Of a DNA stretch of 64,000 bases, positions 38,708 through 54,950 are shown piece after piece; the stretch's first letter is position 1; each line of letters begins with the position of its first letter. The stretch is from Candidatus Latescibacterota bacterium (GTDB taxonomy: Bacteria; Latescibacterota; UBA2968; UBA8231), in contig OZ242214.1 of the NCBI GenBank assembly GCA_965206595.1, positions 3,008,001 to 3,072,000 on the forward strand, read 5' to 3'. The translations under genes and the position numbers were made by a program. Under the pieces are notes generated by a model. The model saw nothing but the letters and a program-made list of their open reading frames with translations, had not been told where the DNA came from and did not search any database.

Positions 38708-39980
38708 CCTGGGCCGCGGGCTGGCCGTCGGCCTTCTCGGCGATGACCGAAGCGAGGTCGACGCCGGTGGTGGCCTTGATGCTCTCGAACAGCGCCGGCG
38801 CCAGCGCACCGATCTGGTGGACGACCGCGGGCAGACCGCTGTGGCTGCCGTTTCCGGAATCGACGACGGCGAGGTGGTCGATCTTGATGTCCTTGGCCAT
38901 GCCGGTGATCTGCTCGACCAGGCCCGGGAGCATCTGGATCAGCAGAAGCTCCTTGCCGTTGGAGCCGGCAACGGTCCAGACATGGTTTTTCTGCTTGAGC
39001 ACCTGGATCTCCGCGAGGCCGTTCTCGAGGATGTTGGCCGCCTCCCCCTTGGCTCGCAGCTCCGCGGCGTCGCGGTCGGCGCGCGCCGGCTCGATGACCT
39101 CGATTTCGAGCTGGCGCTTCTGCAACGCCAGCCGCTCCTGCTCGACCTCCTGCTCGGCCTGGACCTCGGCCTTGCGGGCGATTTGCGCAGCGCGCTTTTC
39201 CGCGGCCAGGGCCTCCCCTTCAAGCTCGGCCTTGCGGACGCGGAGAAGGTTTTGCGCATCGACGATCTGGACCTGGGCTTCGGCGTCGGCGACCTCGCCG
39301 CGACGGCGGGCCCCGGCCGACTTCTCCTGGGATTCGGCGCGGTTCTCCGCCTCGGCGATCTCGGCTTCCTTGAGGACGGCGGCCGTGCTCTTGCGGCCGA
39401 TGGCGTCGAGATAGCCGACCTCGTCGGAGACGTTCTGAATCTTCAGCGTGTCGAGGACGAGGCCGAGCTTGTGCAAATCGACGTCGGCCTCGCCGATCAG
39501 GGATTCGGCGAATTTGAGGCGGTCCTCATTGACTTCCTCGGGGGTCAGGGTGGCGAGGACACCGCGCAGGTTGCCCTCGAGGGTGTCCTTGGCAATCTCC
39601 TGGACTTCGACCAGCTGTTTGCCGAGGAAGCGCTCCAGCGCATTGCCGAGGAGGGGCTCGTCGCCGGCGATTTTGATGTTGGCAATGCCCTGGACCGACA
39701 GCGGTATGCCCCCCTTCGAGTAGGCGTTGGTGATCGAGACTTCGAGGGGAATCGTGCGCAGGTCGAGGCGGTCGACCTTTTCGAGAAGCGGGATGCGGAA
39801 GGCGCGGCCTCCCTTTATTACGCGGTAGCCGACCTCGCGGCCGTCGGAGGTTACGCGCTTGCGGCCCGAGAAGATGATGACCTCGCTGGGCTGGCAGATG
39901 AAGAGATTCGTCGTGATGATGACGATCAGCACGACGAGCAGCGCGGCAAAAACCAGGGCGAAGGTCAGGAGCATTCCCAT
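38700..39980 (-). CDS. Flotillin (SPFH domain) protein
   Basis: N-terminal TM helix; LEGNLRGVLATLTPEEVNEDR, LKIQNVSDEVGYLDAIGRK; EA-rich coiled coil; AGGAGG RBS. Confidence 0.93.
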   Translation of the reverse strand: MGMLLTFALVFAALLVVLIVIITTNLFICQPSEVIIFSGRKRVTSDGREVGYRVIKGGRAFRIPLLEKVDRLDLRTIPLEVSITNAYSKGGIPLSVQGIANIKIAGDEPLLGNALERFLGKQLVEVQEIAKDTLEGNLRGVLATLTPEEVNEDRLKFAESLIGEADVDLHKLGLVLDTLKIQNVSDEVGYLDAIGRKSTAAVLKEAEIAEAENRAESQEKSAGARRRGEVADAEAQVQIVDAQNLLRVRKAELEGEALAAEKRAAQIARKAEVQAEQEVEQERLALQKRQLEIEVIEPARADRDAAELRAKGEAANILENGLAEIQVLKQKNHVWTVAGSNGKELLLIQMLPGLVEQITGMAKDIKIDHLAVVDSGNGSHSGLPAVVHQIGALAPALFESIKATTGVDLASVIAEKADGQPAAQDG

Positions 39981-40145
39981 CTCGTACCTCCTTTGGGGTT
40001 TGGGGACGAATGGGCAGACAATGGAAAGTTAATTTACCGATGCCCTGTCACGCTTCCGAGAACTAATTTGCGGACGGCGGGCGGCTGGACTTCCGGCGGT
40101 ACGCCGAGGAGGTGGCCTGGCACGAGGGGGAGGGGGTCGGCTGCG

Positions 40146-40280
40146 CGCTGGCGGGCGTACGCGCCGATTCTCCTGGCCGGCTATTCGTGCAGGATGGGCT
40201 TGGTCGGCATGTCTTCCATCGCGCTGGCCCTGATTTCCAAGGCCGTGTCGAGCATTGTGTTTAAGGCTTTGGGTGCGTAA
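40146..40280 (+). pseudogene. Remnant: C-terminal helix of a membrane transporter (OPT/peptide-transporter-like)
   Basis: RWRAYAPILLAGYSCRMGLVGMSSIALALISKAVSSIVF with no start or upstream gene body; the family resemblance is from memory. Confidence 0.45.
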
Positions 40281-40293
40281 CACCAAGTTGTAT

Positions 40294-40338
40294 AATGCCC
40301 CCTTTTTCGTACATTGCACGTACGAAAAAGGGGGCATT
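40294..40338. promoter_or_regulatory. Perfect 19-bp inverted repeat overlapping TATAAT, upstream of the AAA ATPase gene
   Basis: aatgccccctttttcgtac-attgcac-gtacgaaaaagggggcatt; TATAAT at 40291-40296; ATG at 40348. Confidence 0.8.
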
Positions 40339-40347
40339 TTATTCATC

Positions 40348-41724
40348 ATGTATAGATCGGCTGAACGCGCTCTGGCCCAATGGTTTGCCACCCCACAGCG
40401 AAAACCGCTGGTCATCCGCGGTGCTCGCCAAGTGGGTAAATCCACCCTGGTGCGGCAATTCGCCCAGTCCCATCGCCTGCACCCCAACGAAATCAACCTC
40501 GAGCGCCACCCAGACCTGGACCCCGTCTTCCAGACCTTGGACCTGACGCGCATCCGCCGGGAACTCGAAGGGCTGCTGGGTCAACCGCTGTTGGCAGCGG
40601 GCAGCCTGCTCTTCCTCGACGAAATCCAAGCAACCCCACACGCCCTGCCCGCCCTGCGCTATTTCTTCGAAGACCACCCCGAGCTGCCGGTTATCGCCGC
40701 GGGCTCCCTGCTCGAATTCGTCCTCTCGCAACACGCCTTTACCATGCCGGTAGGACGCATTCAATACTTCCACCTAGGCCCGATGAGCTTTGAAGAATTT
40801 CTCGCCGAACTGGACCCGCCCCTCTTGGCCTATCTGCCGGACTACACCCTTGAGCATCCCCTGCCCCATACCGTCCACACCCGCTTGTCGGCCTGTCAGC
40901 GGGAATACTTGCTGGTGGGTGGTATGCCCGAAGCCGTAGCCGCATATAGCTCCACCCGCCGCTTTGCCGACGTGACGCCGGTGCATCAGTCCATCGTCGA
41001 TACCTACCAGGACGATTTTGCCAAGTACTCCTCCGCCCGAGTCCTGCTGCGCCTGCAGCGAGTCTTCAACTACGTTCCCCGGACCGTGGGTCGCAAAGTC
41101 AAATACACCCGGATCGACCGCGAGGAGACCGCCCGCGAACTGCGGGCCGCCATCGACTTGCTGGTCAATTCCCGGGTCATTGCACCCGTCTTCCACAGTA
41201 CCTGTTCCGGGGTGCCTATCCACGCCGATGTCGATTGGAAGACCTACAAACTCCTCTTTTTGGACATCGGCCTGATGAACCGTCTGTGCGGCCTGGACTG
41301 GCTGGCTCTGAAGGACCTGGACGACCGCCAACTGGTCAATGAAGGAGCCTTGGCCGAACAGTTCGTCGGGCAACACTTACTCTACTTGGAAGAGGGTCGG
41401 GAAACGCCCCGTTTGAACTACTGGCTGCGGGAAGGGAAAAGTGCCAACGCCGAAGTTGACTACGCGATTGCCCGGGGGGCTTGGATCGTGCCGGTCGAAG
41501 TCAAAGCCGGCACCAGCGGCACCCTGCGCTCGCTGCATCAGTTCGCCTTGGCCAAAGGGACGCGCCTCGCGGTGCGCTTCGACCTCAATCCGCCCACCGT
41601 CCAGTCCATCCGGCACCAAGTGAGCGGAACGCGGCAGCGCGTGGAAATGACCTTGCTCTCGCTGCCGCTTTACCTGGTGGGGCAACTGGGCCGCCTGCTG
41701 GACCGGCTCAGGCAGGAGCGATAA
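40348..41724 (+). CDS. AAA family ATPase with a DUF4143 (PD-(D/E)xK-like) C-terminal domain
   Basis: GARQVGKS Walker A, FLDEIQ Walker B, AGS, PVGR, GGMP, KLLFLDIGL, EVDY...PVEVK. Confidence 0.92.
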   Translation: MYRSAERALAQWFATPQRKPLVIRGARQVGKSTLVRQFAQSHRLHPNEINLERHPDLDPVFQTLDLTRIRRELEGLLGQPLLAAGSLLFLDEIQATPHALPALRYFFEDHPELPVIAAGSLLEFVLSQHAFTMPVGRIQYFHLGPMSFEEFLAELDPPLLAYLPDYTLEHPLPHTVHTRLSACQREYLLVGGMPEAVAAYSSTRRFADVTPVHQSIVDTYQDDFAKYSSARVLLRLQRVFNYVPRTVGRKVKYTRIDREETARELRAAIDLLVNSRVIAPVFHSTCSGVPIHADVDWKTYKLLFLDIGLMNRLCGLDWLALKDLDDRQLVNEGALAEQFVGQHLLYLEEGRETPRLNYWLREGKSANAEVDYAIARGAWIVPVEVKAGTSGTLRSLHQFALAKGTRLAVRFDLNPPTVQSIRHQVSGTRQRVEMTLLSLPLYLVGQLGRLLDRLRQER

Positions 41725-41725
41725 G

Positions 41726-41773
41726 GTCGCCCTGTTCTACGGATTCATCGGCGGCGGGGGCGCGTGGCCGCAC
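41726..41773 (+). pseudogene. Very short remnant, possibly of the same transporter family as 40146-40280
   Basis: VALFYGFIGGGGAWPH directly after the ATPase stop; only 16 aa long. Confidence 0.3.
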
Positions 41774-42114
41774 TTGATCTATCAGTCGCCTAGGGTGGGG
41801 CGTGATGCGCCTCCGCCCAGCATCATGCCACTCATCGGGATTGTTCCTCTTTCTTCTGGAATAGCCCTCAGCCATCTGTCCAAATTCTCGCGATCATTTC
41901 CGGATATCCACGATGGGCGGTGGGGGCGTTCCGAACGAACTCGGCACCAGCCTCTTTGCGGAAGCGCTGCTTGAAAATGAGACAGATCGTCCATGGTGAT
42001 CGAACCTCTGCCGCCGGTTGCTTCGTAGAAATTGGAATACGTATTGCCACGCCAGACGGTATTGGTCTCACCGACATGGCTGATCCAGGATACGTCGTCG
42101 CTCCCGGAGCTTTC

Positions 42115-42330
42115 GACGCCGCCTCGGCTATGTGCTTCAAGCTGACCGGCGAGCGGGGCTACCTGGAGGTGGGCAGGGTACTGCTGGTCCGCCTTGCCGA
42201 ATCGCAGGACTGGAGCGACGATCCGAGGAAACGCGGCGCCGTGGGCATGAGCCCGATGTACCTGAGCCTGCTGTTTTTCGGCGTGCCCTGTCTGCTGGGG
42301 GTACTGCAGGAGGCGGGGCTAGAGGAGTGA
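42115..42330 (+). pseudogene. Probable orphan 3' gene fragment of unknown family
   Basis: GC3-rich coding-like stretch AMCFKLTGERGYLEVG...GVLQEAGLEE-stop, joined to lower-GC upstream DNA with no good start. Confidence 0.35.
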
Positions 42331-42346
42331 GGGCGGTGCCGCCCGG

Positions 42347-42590
42347 CTACCACTTCTCGATTCCCCCCAGGAGCAGCTTCCGCTCGTCGCTGCCGCTCTC
42401 GCGCAGGGCGGTGACCCGGGGGCCGTCGAACGGCTCGCGCGATTTCATCCAGGCGTCCGGTAGCACATCAGGCAGACCCGGCGCCGGGTGCCCGAGGTAT
42501 TGGCCGCGCCCCGGTGGTAGAGCCAGCCATCGAAGAGGACGGCCTGTCCGGGTCGCGCCAGGACGCTCAGCTCGTCCGGGGAACGGGAGT
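42347..42590 (-). pseudogene. Remnant 3' half of a PhyH family dioxygenase
   Basis: My translation: PDELSVLARPGQAVLFDGWLYHRGAANTSGTRRRVCLMCY, a frameshift near 42457, then AWMKSREPFDG...GGIEKW-stop. Confidence 0.7.
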
Positions 42591-42600
42591 AGCGGCCAAT

Positions 42601-43345
42601 TCAGGCAACCCCCTCGGCCACCACCGGATTGCGCAGCACGCCGATGCCCTCGATCTCGATCTCCACCACGTCGCCGGGCTGTACCTCGCCGACGCCGGAA
42701 GGGGTGCCGGTCAGGATGACGTCCCCGGGCAGCAGGGTAATGGCGGCGCTGAGGGTACTCGATCAGCTCGGCCACGGAAAAGATCAGGTCCGCGGTCGAT
42801 GTCGACTGCACGACGCGTCCGTTCAGCCGTGTCGTCAGCTGCAGGTCCGAAGAGTCGAGGCCGGTGGCGATCCAGGGGCCCAGGGGCTTGAAGGTGTCGA
42901 ACCCCTTGCCGATCAGCAGGCAGCCGTTGTCCATCTCCGCCTTCTGGATCACGCGCTCGCTGACGTCGTTGCCGATGGTGTAGCCGAACACGTGGTCGAG
43001 GGCACGGTCCGCGGACACGCGGCGGGCCGCCGTGCCGATGACCGCGGCCAGTTCCCCCTCGTAATGCACGACCCTGCCCTGCCTCGGGTAGACGATGCCG
43101 TCGCCGGGGTTGCAGACCGCGGTGGCCGGCAGCTGAAACAGGATCGGCCGATCGGGCGGGTCATGGCCGCTCTCCGCGGCGTGGGCGGCGTAGTTCAGGC
43201 CGACGCCGATCAGGCGCGGGTTCGCCACCGGGGCCAGCAGCCGGACGTCCGCGAGGGCGAGCTGCCCGCCCGTGCGGACGAGCCCGCCGTACCCGGGGCC
43301 CTCCAACAGGTCCAGCATGCCGGCGCCGGCGAGGACACCGTCCAC
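42601..43345 (-). pseudogene. Fumarylacetoacetate hydrolase family protein, frameshifted and probably 5'-truncated
   Basis: GVGLNY, HYEGEL, GYTIGNDVSER, GKGFDTF. Removing one G at 42753-42755 restores [22 protein letters not shown] and a stop at 42601. Confidence 0.82.
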
Positions 43346-43354
43346 GGACCGGAC

Positions 43355-43663
43355 TCAACCCAATACGGAAAGCGCCAGCCACCCGAAGAACCCGGCATTC
43401 GCCGCAACCAGAGCTGTGCCCAGCTTCCTGTGGTTCCGTCGGGTAGCAACCGCTGCCACCAGGTAGACGCCGACCGGAAACAACCCCCACAGGAAGAAGC
43501 CCGGCGATGCGGCAAGGTACGCCGACGCCGGGCCGACCAGGACCGCGGCCACGAGCACGGACGTTGGACGCCTGCGGGCCAGTCCGAAGGAGGCCGCCAG
43601 CACACTCAGCACCACCGCCGGCCAGAAGAGCAGGACAGGCCAGAGCACCAGCAGGTCAGCCAT
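43355..43663 (-). CDS. Small hypothetical integral membrane protein (about 4 TM helices)
   Basis: 102-aa strongly hydrophobic ORF, MADLLVLWPVLLFWPAVV... Confidence 0.6.
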   Translation of the reverse strand: MADLLVLWPVLLFWPAVVLSVLAASFGLARRRPTSVLVAAVLVGPASAYLAASPGFFLWGLFPVGVYLVAAVATRRNHRKLGTALVAANAGFFGWLALSVLG

Positions 43664-43879
43664 GTACCGTGTGACGCGAGCCGCACGCGCTCGCGGGCGG
43701 CCGCCGCGCTCTCCGTGGAGCAGCGCCGAGGTCGATGCCCGCGGTTCGTCCTGAGGGGACGCCTTGCAGCGCCCGAAGCGCCGCGCGGTCTCGCGCTCCA
43801 CCCAGCCTCAGGGTGCATGGAGAAGCGGTGCGGCGATCTCGACGACGACATGCCCGCGGCACCTGAAATCGGTGTTTCA

Positions 43880-45244
43880 TCAGCTTCCCGCTTCTTCTTC
43901 CGACACGCGGCGTTGTCCGCTCTCCTGCGCAGGGACCGGTTCGATCGCCGGCGCCTCCTCCCCCGCCTCGAGCATGCGCCGGATCAGCCGTTCCCGCATC
44001 GCCGCGGCCACCGCTTCATGCGACCGGAGCCCGACGAGATTCCGCAGCTCGTAGGGGTCCGCCTCGAGGTCGTAGAGGTACTGCTCGACATACCGGTCGG
44101 ATCCGGGATAATCGCGGCCGCTCCTGCCGGGTGCATCCACGCCGTACTTCCAGCGCCGCGTCCGGACCGCCCGCCCCACCTGCGCTTCGCTGGTCTGCAC
44201 GAAGACCTCCTGCGGCCAGCCGGCCGTATCGCCACGCAGGAGCGGACAAAGCGAGCGGCCCTGCATCTCGGCGGGAACCGCCATCCCCGCGGCATCGAGA
44301 AGGGTCGGCGGGAGGTCGACGAGGCTCACCAACTCCTGGAGTTGCCCTCCGCCCGTGAACCCGGGGCCGTGGAACGCGGTCGGCACGCGGATCGAGCTTT
44401 CGTGGCATGAACGCTTGTACTCGTTGTTGCGCGTCTTGAAGTGGCAGCCGTGGTCGGAGGTGAACAGGAGGACGGTATTGTCGAGCAGGTCGAGGCTTTT
44501 CAGCGCGTCCAGAATCCTGCCGAGCGCTTCGTCCAGCCTCTTGACCATGCCGTAGTAGCCGCCGAGGTGCTGGTGCGCCGAACCCTCGAGGGCGGCGAGA
44601 TCGGGCGGCATCCACCTTCCCGTATACCGCTCCCGGTACCCGTCCGGGGGCGGGTAATCGTCGATATGGTTCTGGTGATGCGGCTCGATGTACGAGGTGA
44701 AGAGATAGAAGGGCTCGTTCCTGTGCCCGTCGACGTACCGGATCACGGCATCGGTCAGCGCGTCCACGCGGTAGCCGGGAAGGTCGACCGGTTGATTGTC
44801 GTTGTCGTACAGGGTGGTCTTGTACGCGTCGGAGGTGAACTCGAGGACGTTGGAGGCCAGCCAGTAGTCGTACCCGCCGCGATGCCCGGCCGGCACCGGT
44901 CCGATGGCCTCCCTGGAGTAGAGGTGCCACTTGCCGATGTATCCGGTGGCGTAGCCGGCCTCGCCGAAGTGGTGGGCGAGGGTCTTCAGCTCGCCGGACA
45001 GCGGGATGCCGTTCCGGTAGCATCCGGTGCGGGTTGCGTACATCCCGGTCTGCAGGCAGGAGCGCGCCGGCCCGCACACAGGCTGGCAGGTGAAGGAGCG
45101 CCGGACATGGGTGCCGCGCTGCGCCATGCGGTCGAAGTTGGGCGTCAGGTCGAGCGGGTTGCCGTGCAGCCCGGAGGTGTCCCACCGCTGCTGATCGGTG
45201 AAGAAGACGAGGACATTGGGTCGATTTGCTTCAGGTCGGGGCAT
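43880..45244 (-). CDS. Sulfatase (Cys-type)
   Basis: RPNVLVFFTDQQR, CGPARS (CxPxR), GKWH, EPHH, FTSDHG, LYDLEADPYE. Confidence 0.94.
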   Translation of the reverse strand: MPRPEANRPNVLVFFTDQQRWDTSGLHGNPLDLTPNFDRMAQRGTHVRRSFTCQPVCGPARSCLQTGMYATRTGCYRNGIPLSGELKTLAHHFGEAGYATGYIGKWHLYSREAIGPVPAGHRGGYDYWLASNVLEFTSDAYKTTLYDNDNQPVDLPGYRVDALTDAVIRYVDGHRNEPFYLFTSYIEPHHQNHIDDYPPPDGYRERYTGRWMPPDLAALEGSAHQHLGGYYGMVKRLDEALGRILDALKSLDLLDNTVLLFTSDHGCHFKTRNNEYKRSCHESSIRVPTAFHGPGFTGGGQLQELVSLVDLPPTLLDAAGMAVPAEMQGRSLCPLLRGDTAGWPQEVFVQTSEAQVGRAVRTRRWKYGVDAPGRSGRDYPGSDRYVEQYLYDLEADPYELRNLVGLRSHEAVAAAMRERLIRRMLEAGEEAPAIEPVPAQESGQRRVSEEEAGS

Positions 45245-45485
45245 GGCCTGCTTTTTCTCTCTATCTCTCTCTATTCGGTTTTTGGTTTCCAATCGCCTTG
45301 ACGAGCTTGCCTTGGCGAGCCGGGAATCAGCGCCGACTTGCCCGTCAAGTCCAATACTTTCCTTCTGCGCCAGGACTTCCTCCAATTGTAATTCGAACTT
45401 TGTTTGTACCAGCGGGTTCGGTTGCCGATTTTCATTTACTTCCTCCGAAGCACAGCCAGTTCTAGTCGAACTTCAGGAGACTCCC

Positions 45486-46517
45486 TTGAAAGCCGTCGTC
45501 CTTCATAAAGCCGGGGACCTGCGAATCGAGGAGCGCGGAGAAGGCGCCCCGTGTCCCGGCGAGGTCAAGGTCCGGATGGCTGCCGGCGGCGTCTGCGGAA
45601 CCGACCTCCACTACTACAATCACGGGGGCTTCGGATCGGTGGTCCTCAGGGAGCCGATGATCCTCGGGCACGAAGTCGCCGGCCATATCGCCGCGGTGGG
45701 CCCCGAGGTTGAAGGTCTCGCTCCGGGAGACCTGGTCGCGGTCTCTCCCTCGCGTCCCTGCGGGGACTGCCGCTTCTGTGCCGGCGGCCTGCACATCCAT
45801 TGCCCCGACATGCGGTTCTACGGCTCCGCCATGCCGTTCCCGCACATCCAGGGGGCTTTCCGCGAAGAGCTGGTCGCCGACGCTTCCCAGTGCGTGAAGG
45901 CGGACGGGCTTTCCGCGGGAGAGGCGGCCATGGCCGAACCCCTGTCGGTGTGCCTGCACGCAACCCGCCGGGCCGGCGAGCTGAAGGGGAAGCGGGTGCT
46001 GGTCACCGGGTGCGGGCCGATCGGGGTGCTCTCCATCCTGGCGGCGCGCTGGGCAGGGGCTTCCGAGATCGTCGCCACCGACCTCGTCGGCAACGCCCTC
46101 AAGCACGCGGCCGCGGCCGGGGCCGACCGGGTGATCGACGTTACCGAAGCTACCGGCGGGCTGGAGGCGTACGCCGCGGACAAGGGGTATTTCGATCTGC
46201 TCTACGAGTGCACCGGTTCGTCCGCGGCCCTGTCAGGAGCGGTAGCGGCGATGCGTCCGCGCGCCGTGGTGATGCAGCTCGGGCTCGGCGGCGACATGAC
46301 CGTGCCGACGATGCAGATCACCGTGAAGGAGCTCGAACTGCGCGGCTCGTTCCGGTTCCACGAGGAGTTCGCGACCGCGGTGCGGCTGATGCAGTCCGGA
46401 GCCATCGACGTGAAAGCGGCGATAACCCACACCCTTCCTCTCGAGGAGGCCGAGCTCGCTTTCCGGATTGCGAACAATCGCAGCCAGGCGATGAAGACGC
46501 AGATCGCTTTCGCCTGA
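45486..46517 (+). CDS. idnD: L-idonate 5-dehydrogenase-like Zn-dependent dehydrogenase
   Basis: TTG after AGGAG; GVCGTDLHYY, GHEVAG, CxxCxxC, MRFYGSAMPFPHIQG, GCGPIG, GSFRF. Confidence 0.85.
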   Translation: MKAVVLHKAGDLRIEERGEGAPCPGEVKVRMAAGGVCGTDLHYYNHGGFGSVVLREPMILGHEVAGHIAAVGPEVEGLAPGDLVAVSPSRPCGDCRFCAGGLHIHCPDMRFYGSAMPFPHIQGAFREELVADASQCVKADGLSAGEAAMAEPLSVCLHATRRAGELKGKRVLVTGCGPIGVLSILAARWAGASEIVATDLVGNALKHAAAAGADRVIDVTEATGGLEAYAADKGYFDLLYECTGSSAALSGAVAAMRPRAVVMQLGLGGDMTVPTMQITVKELELRGSFRFHEEFATAVRLMQSGAIDVKAAITHTLPLEEAELAFRIANNRSQAMKTQIAFA

Positions 46518-46591
46518 GGTGCCCCGGGCAGCCGGGTCGAGGACTGACGCGGTCAGGGTCTACGCACGGCGAGCGCCACCACGCCTATCGA

Positions 46592-47930
46592 TCACTCCAC
46601 CGATAAAACGAGCTTTTTCCAATCCGGAAACGTTCCCCGTTCAAGGAATTTCAGCAACGCCTTTCGGCCAAGCTCGTACCCTTGCTCTGCGATTTGCGCG
46701 GCCTCCTTCCGCTTCCCGCTCTTCCTGTCCCGGCCCCCATGCACGATCCCAGAACGGGCATCATAGAAACGCTTCACCGCGTCGAACACTTCAACCCGAG
46801 TCTCCGGCTCGTCGCCCAGAAGGTGTGCAGCCCTTACGGACAGCTTGTGGGTCAACTCGCCACCCTTCAGCTGAAACATCACTTCCAGTGCCACAGCTAC
46901 ATCAAGGATGCGGTCCTCCTGCCAGAATCTTCCTCGATTGCGCCGCACCGACGAAACTAGCCGAGAGAGCGCCAGTTCCAGGAGATCACGCTTGTCCCTC
47001 CCGAAACTCGTCCATTCGCAGAACAGGCGACGGGCCTGCGTGACATGCTCCGATTTCAGCTCCTTCACCTTCCACCAATCCGTGGACACGAACCCCACCT
47101 TGGTTCCGGGCCCGAAGTTGGGATCCACGTCCACGAAATCCGGCGCACACGAGAGAATCTCCACCACCTCGATCCGTTGCGATGTCACAAGCGATAACAG
47201 GTTGAGAAGCACTTCGTCCGCTAGACCGTTTCTCCAAGAGAATTTGACCCGTAGCGGCGGGTCATTGACGTGCTTCGACGTCCTTGGGGTCACTAGGCAA
47301 GGGCTCCAGATCATTTTTCGAAACAGTACCAAGGCTTGCATATCCCTGTAGGGTGTAACGTCATTCCAAGGCGCAGGCTCCTCTTTCTTGAGCATTCCGC
47401 GTTTAACCGCGTCTTCATAAGACGCGAGGCCGGCGTCCGGCCCAAGCTCAACCACGCCGTTCATCACCAGTCCGCGAATTACCACAACATTGTAACCGGG
47501 CAAACGTCCTTCCGTACCAAGCGTCAGGAATTTGTCCATTTCCTCCGCTGCTGCCTCGTCTCCCCGTCTTGCGCCGATCCGTCGCTGCCCGCTGCGCCAA
47601 TTGCTTCAATTCGACGCGGAAACCCTTACCAGGCATCGTCACGAACGTCGCCGTATCTTTACCCTGTCCACCAAAGACCGCACCTACCCCCGGGTGTTTC
47701 ACCACAAGCTCGATCACCTTGCTTGGGTCCGCGTGGATTTCCGTCAGGTAATCGTCCAGCACCGCTCGCGCTTTCACGTCCACCCGACCGCGCTTTGCCA
47801 GCTCCTGATACTCAGCGTTACCCAGGTCCGGCAGCCCCTGACGATGTGCAGTCAGGGTCCCTGATAGCGGGCCCAACGCCTCCCCAAACGCATTGCGCCA
47901 TGCTTCCCGACTTGGATCACTCACAGTCAC
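46592..47930 (-). CDS. HEPN-domain (ApeA-like) protein of about 445 aa, split by a single-base frameshift
   Basis: C-terminal DVAVALE...ELTHKLSVRAA...YDARSGIVHG (RxxxxH). ORFs 47448..47930 and 46592..47539 fuse if one base near 47579 is removed. Confidence 0.75.
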
Positions 47931-47998
47931 CGCGATAACCCCGGCCCGACTCTTTTAGCCACGGCCTAAGCGCTTCCCCCGAAACCCCAAGACACCAA

Positions 47999-48044
47999 AG
48001 TAGTGAGAGATTTGTGAAGCGAGTAGTGAGAGATTTGTGAAGCG
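47999..48044. repeat. Perfect 23-bp tandem direct repeat
   Basis: agtagtgagagatttgtgaagcg at 47999-48021 and 48022-48044. Confidence 0.95.
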
Positions 48045-48127
48045 CGGTGGAATCTTTCAGCACAGGTCGCACCCCTATTTTATCTTTCATCGTCGTACTC
48101 TCACTTTTTTCTCCTTCACTGTTGCAC

Positions 48128-54801
<6,674 letters not shown>

Positions 54802-54950
54802 CCGATCGGTTTCCCTTGTGGTTCATTGTTAAGGCATTTTCAGAAAGAACACTTCGACTTGGCAGCTCATGATTCTTCCGGCCGACACTTAGGAAAATAA
54901 CGCACCGTTTAATCGATACCCTGTCAAGTTGCAGATAGGACACACACGCC

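Noticed and set aside
38198-39980. Flotillin-NfeD pair as a novel system
   Set aside because: A well-known conserved gene pair; only the order (flotillin first) is slightly atypical.
40080-40145. Possible IS1595-like transposase tail (LDFRRYAEEVAW)
   Set aside because: Too short, with no terminal inverted repeats or catalytic motifs.
43690-43850. Possible VapC remnant (ETARRFGRCKAS)
   Set aside because: Only about 12 residues resemble a PIN helix, with stops and no other motifs; not supportable.
45250-45275. CT-rich microsatellite upstream of the sulfatase
   Set aside because: Short and imperfect; on the coding strand it is just a purine-rich leader/RBS region.
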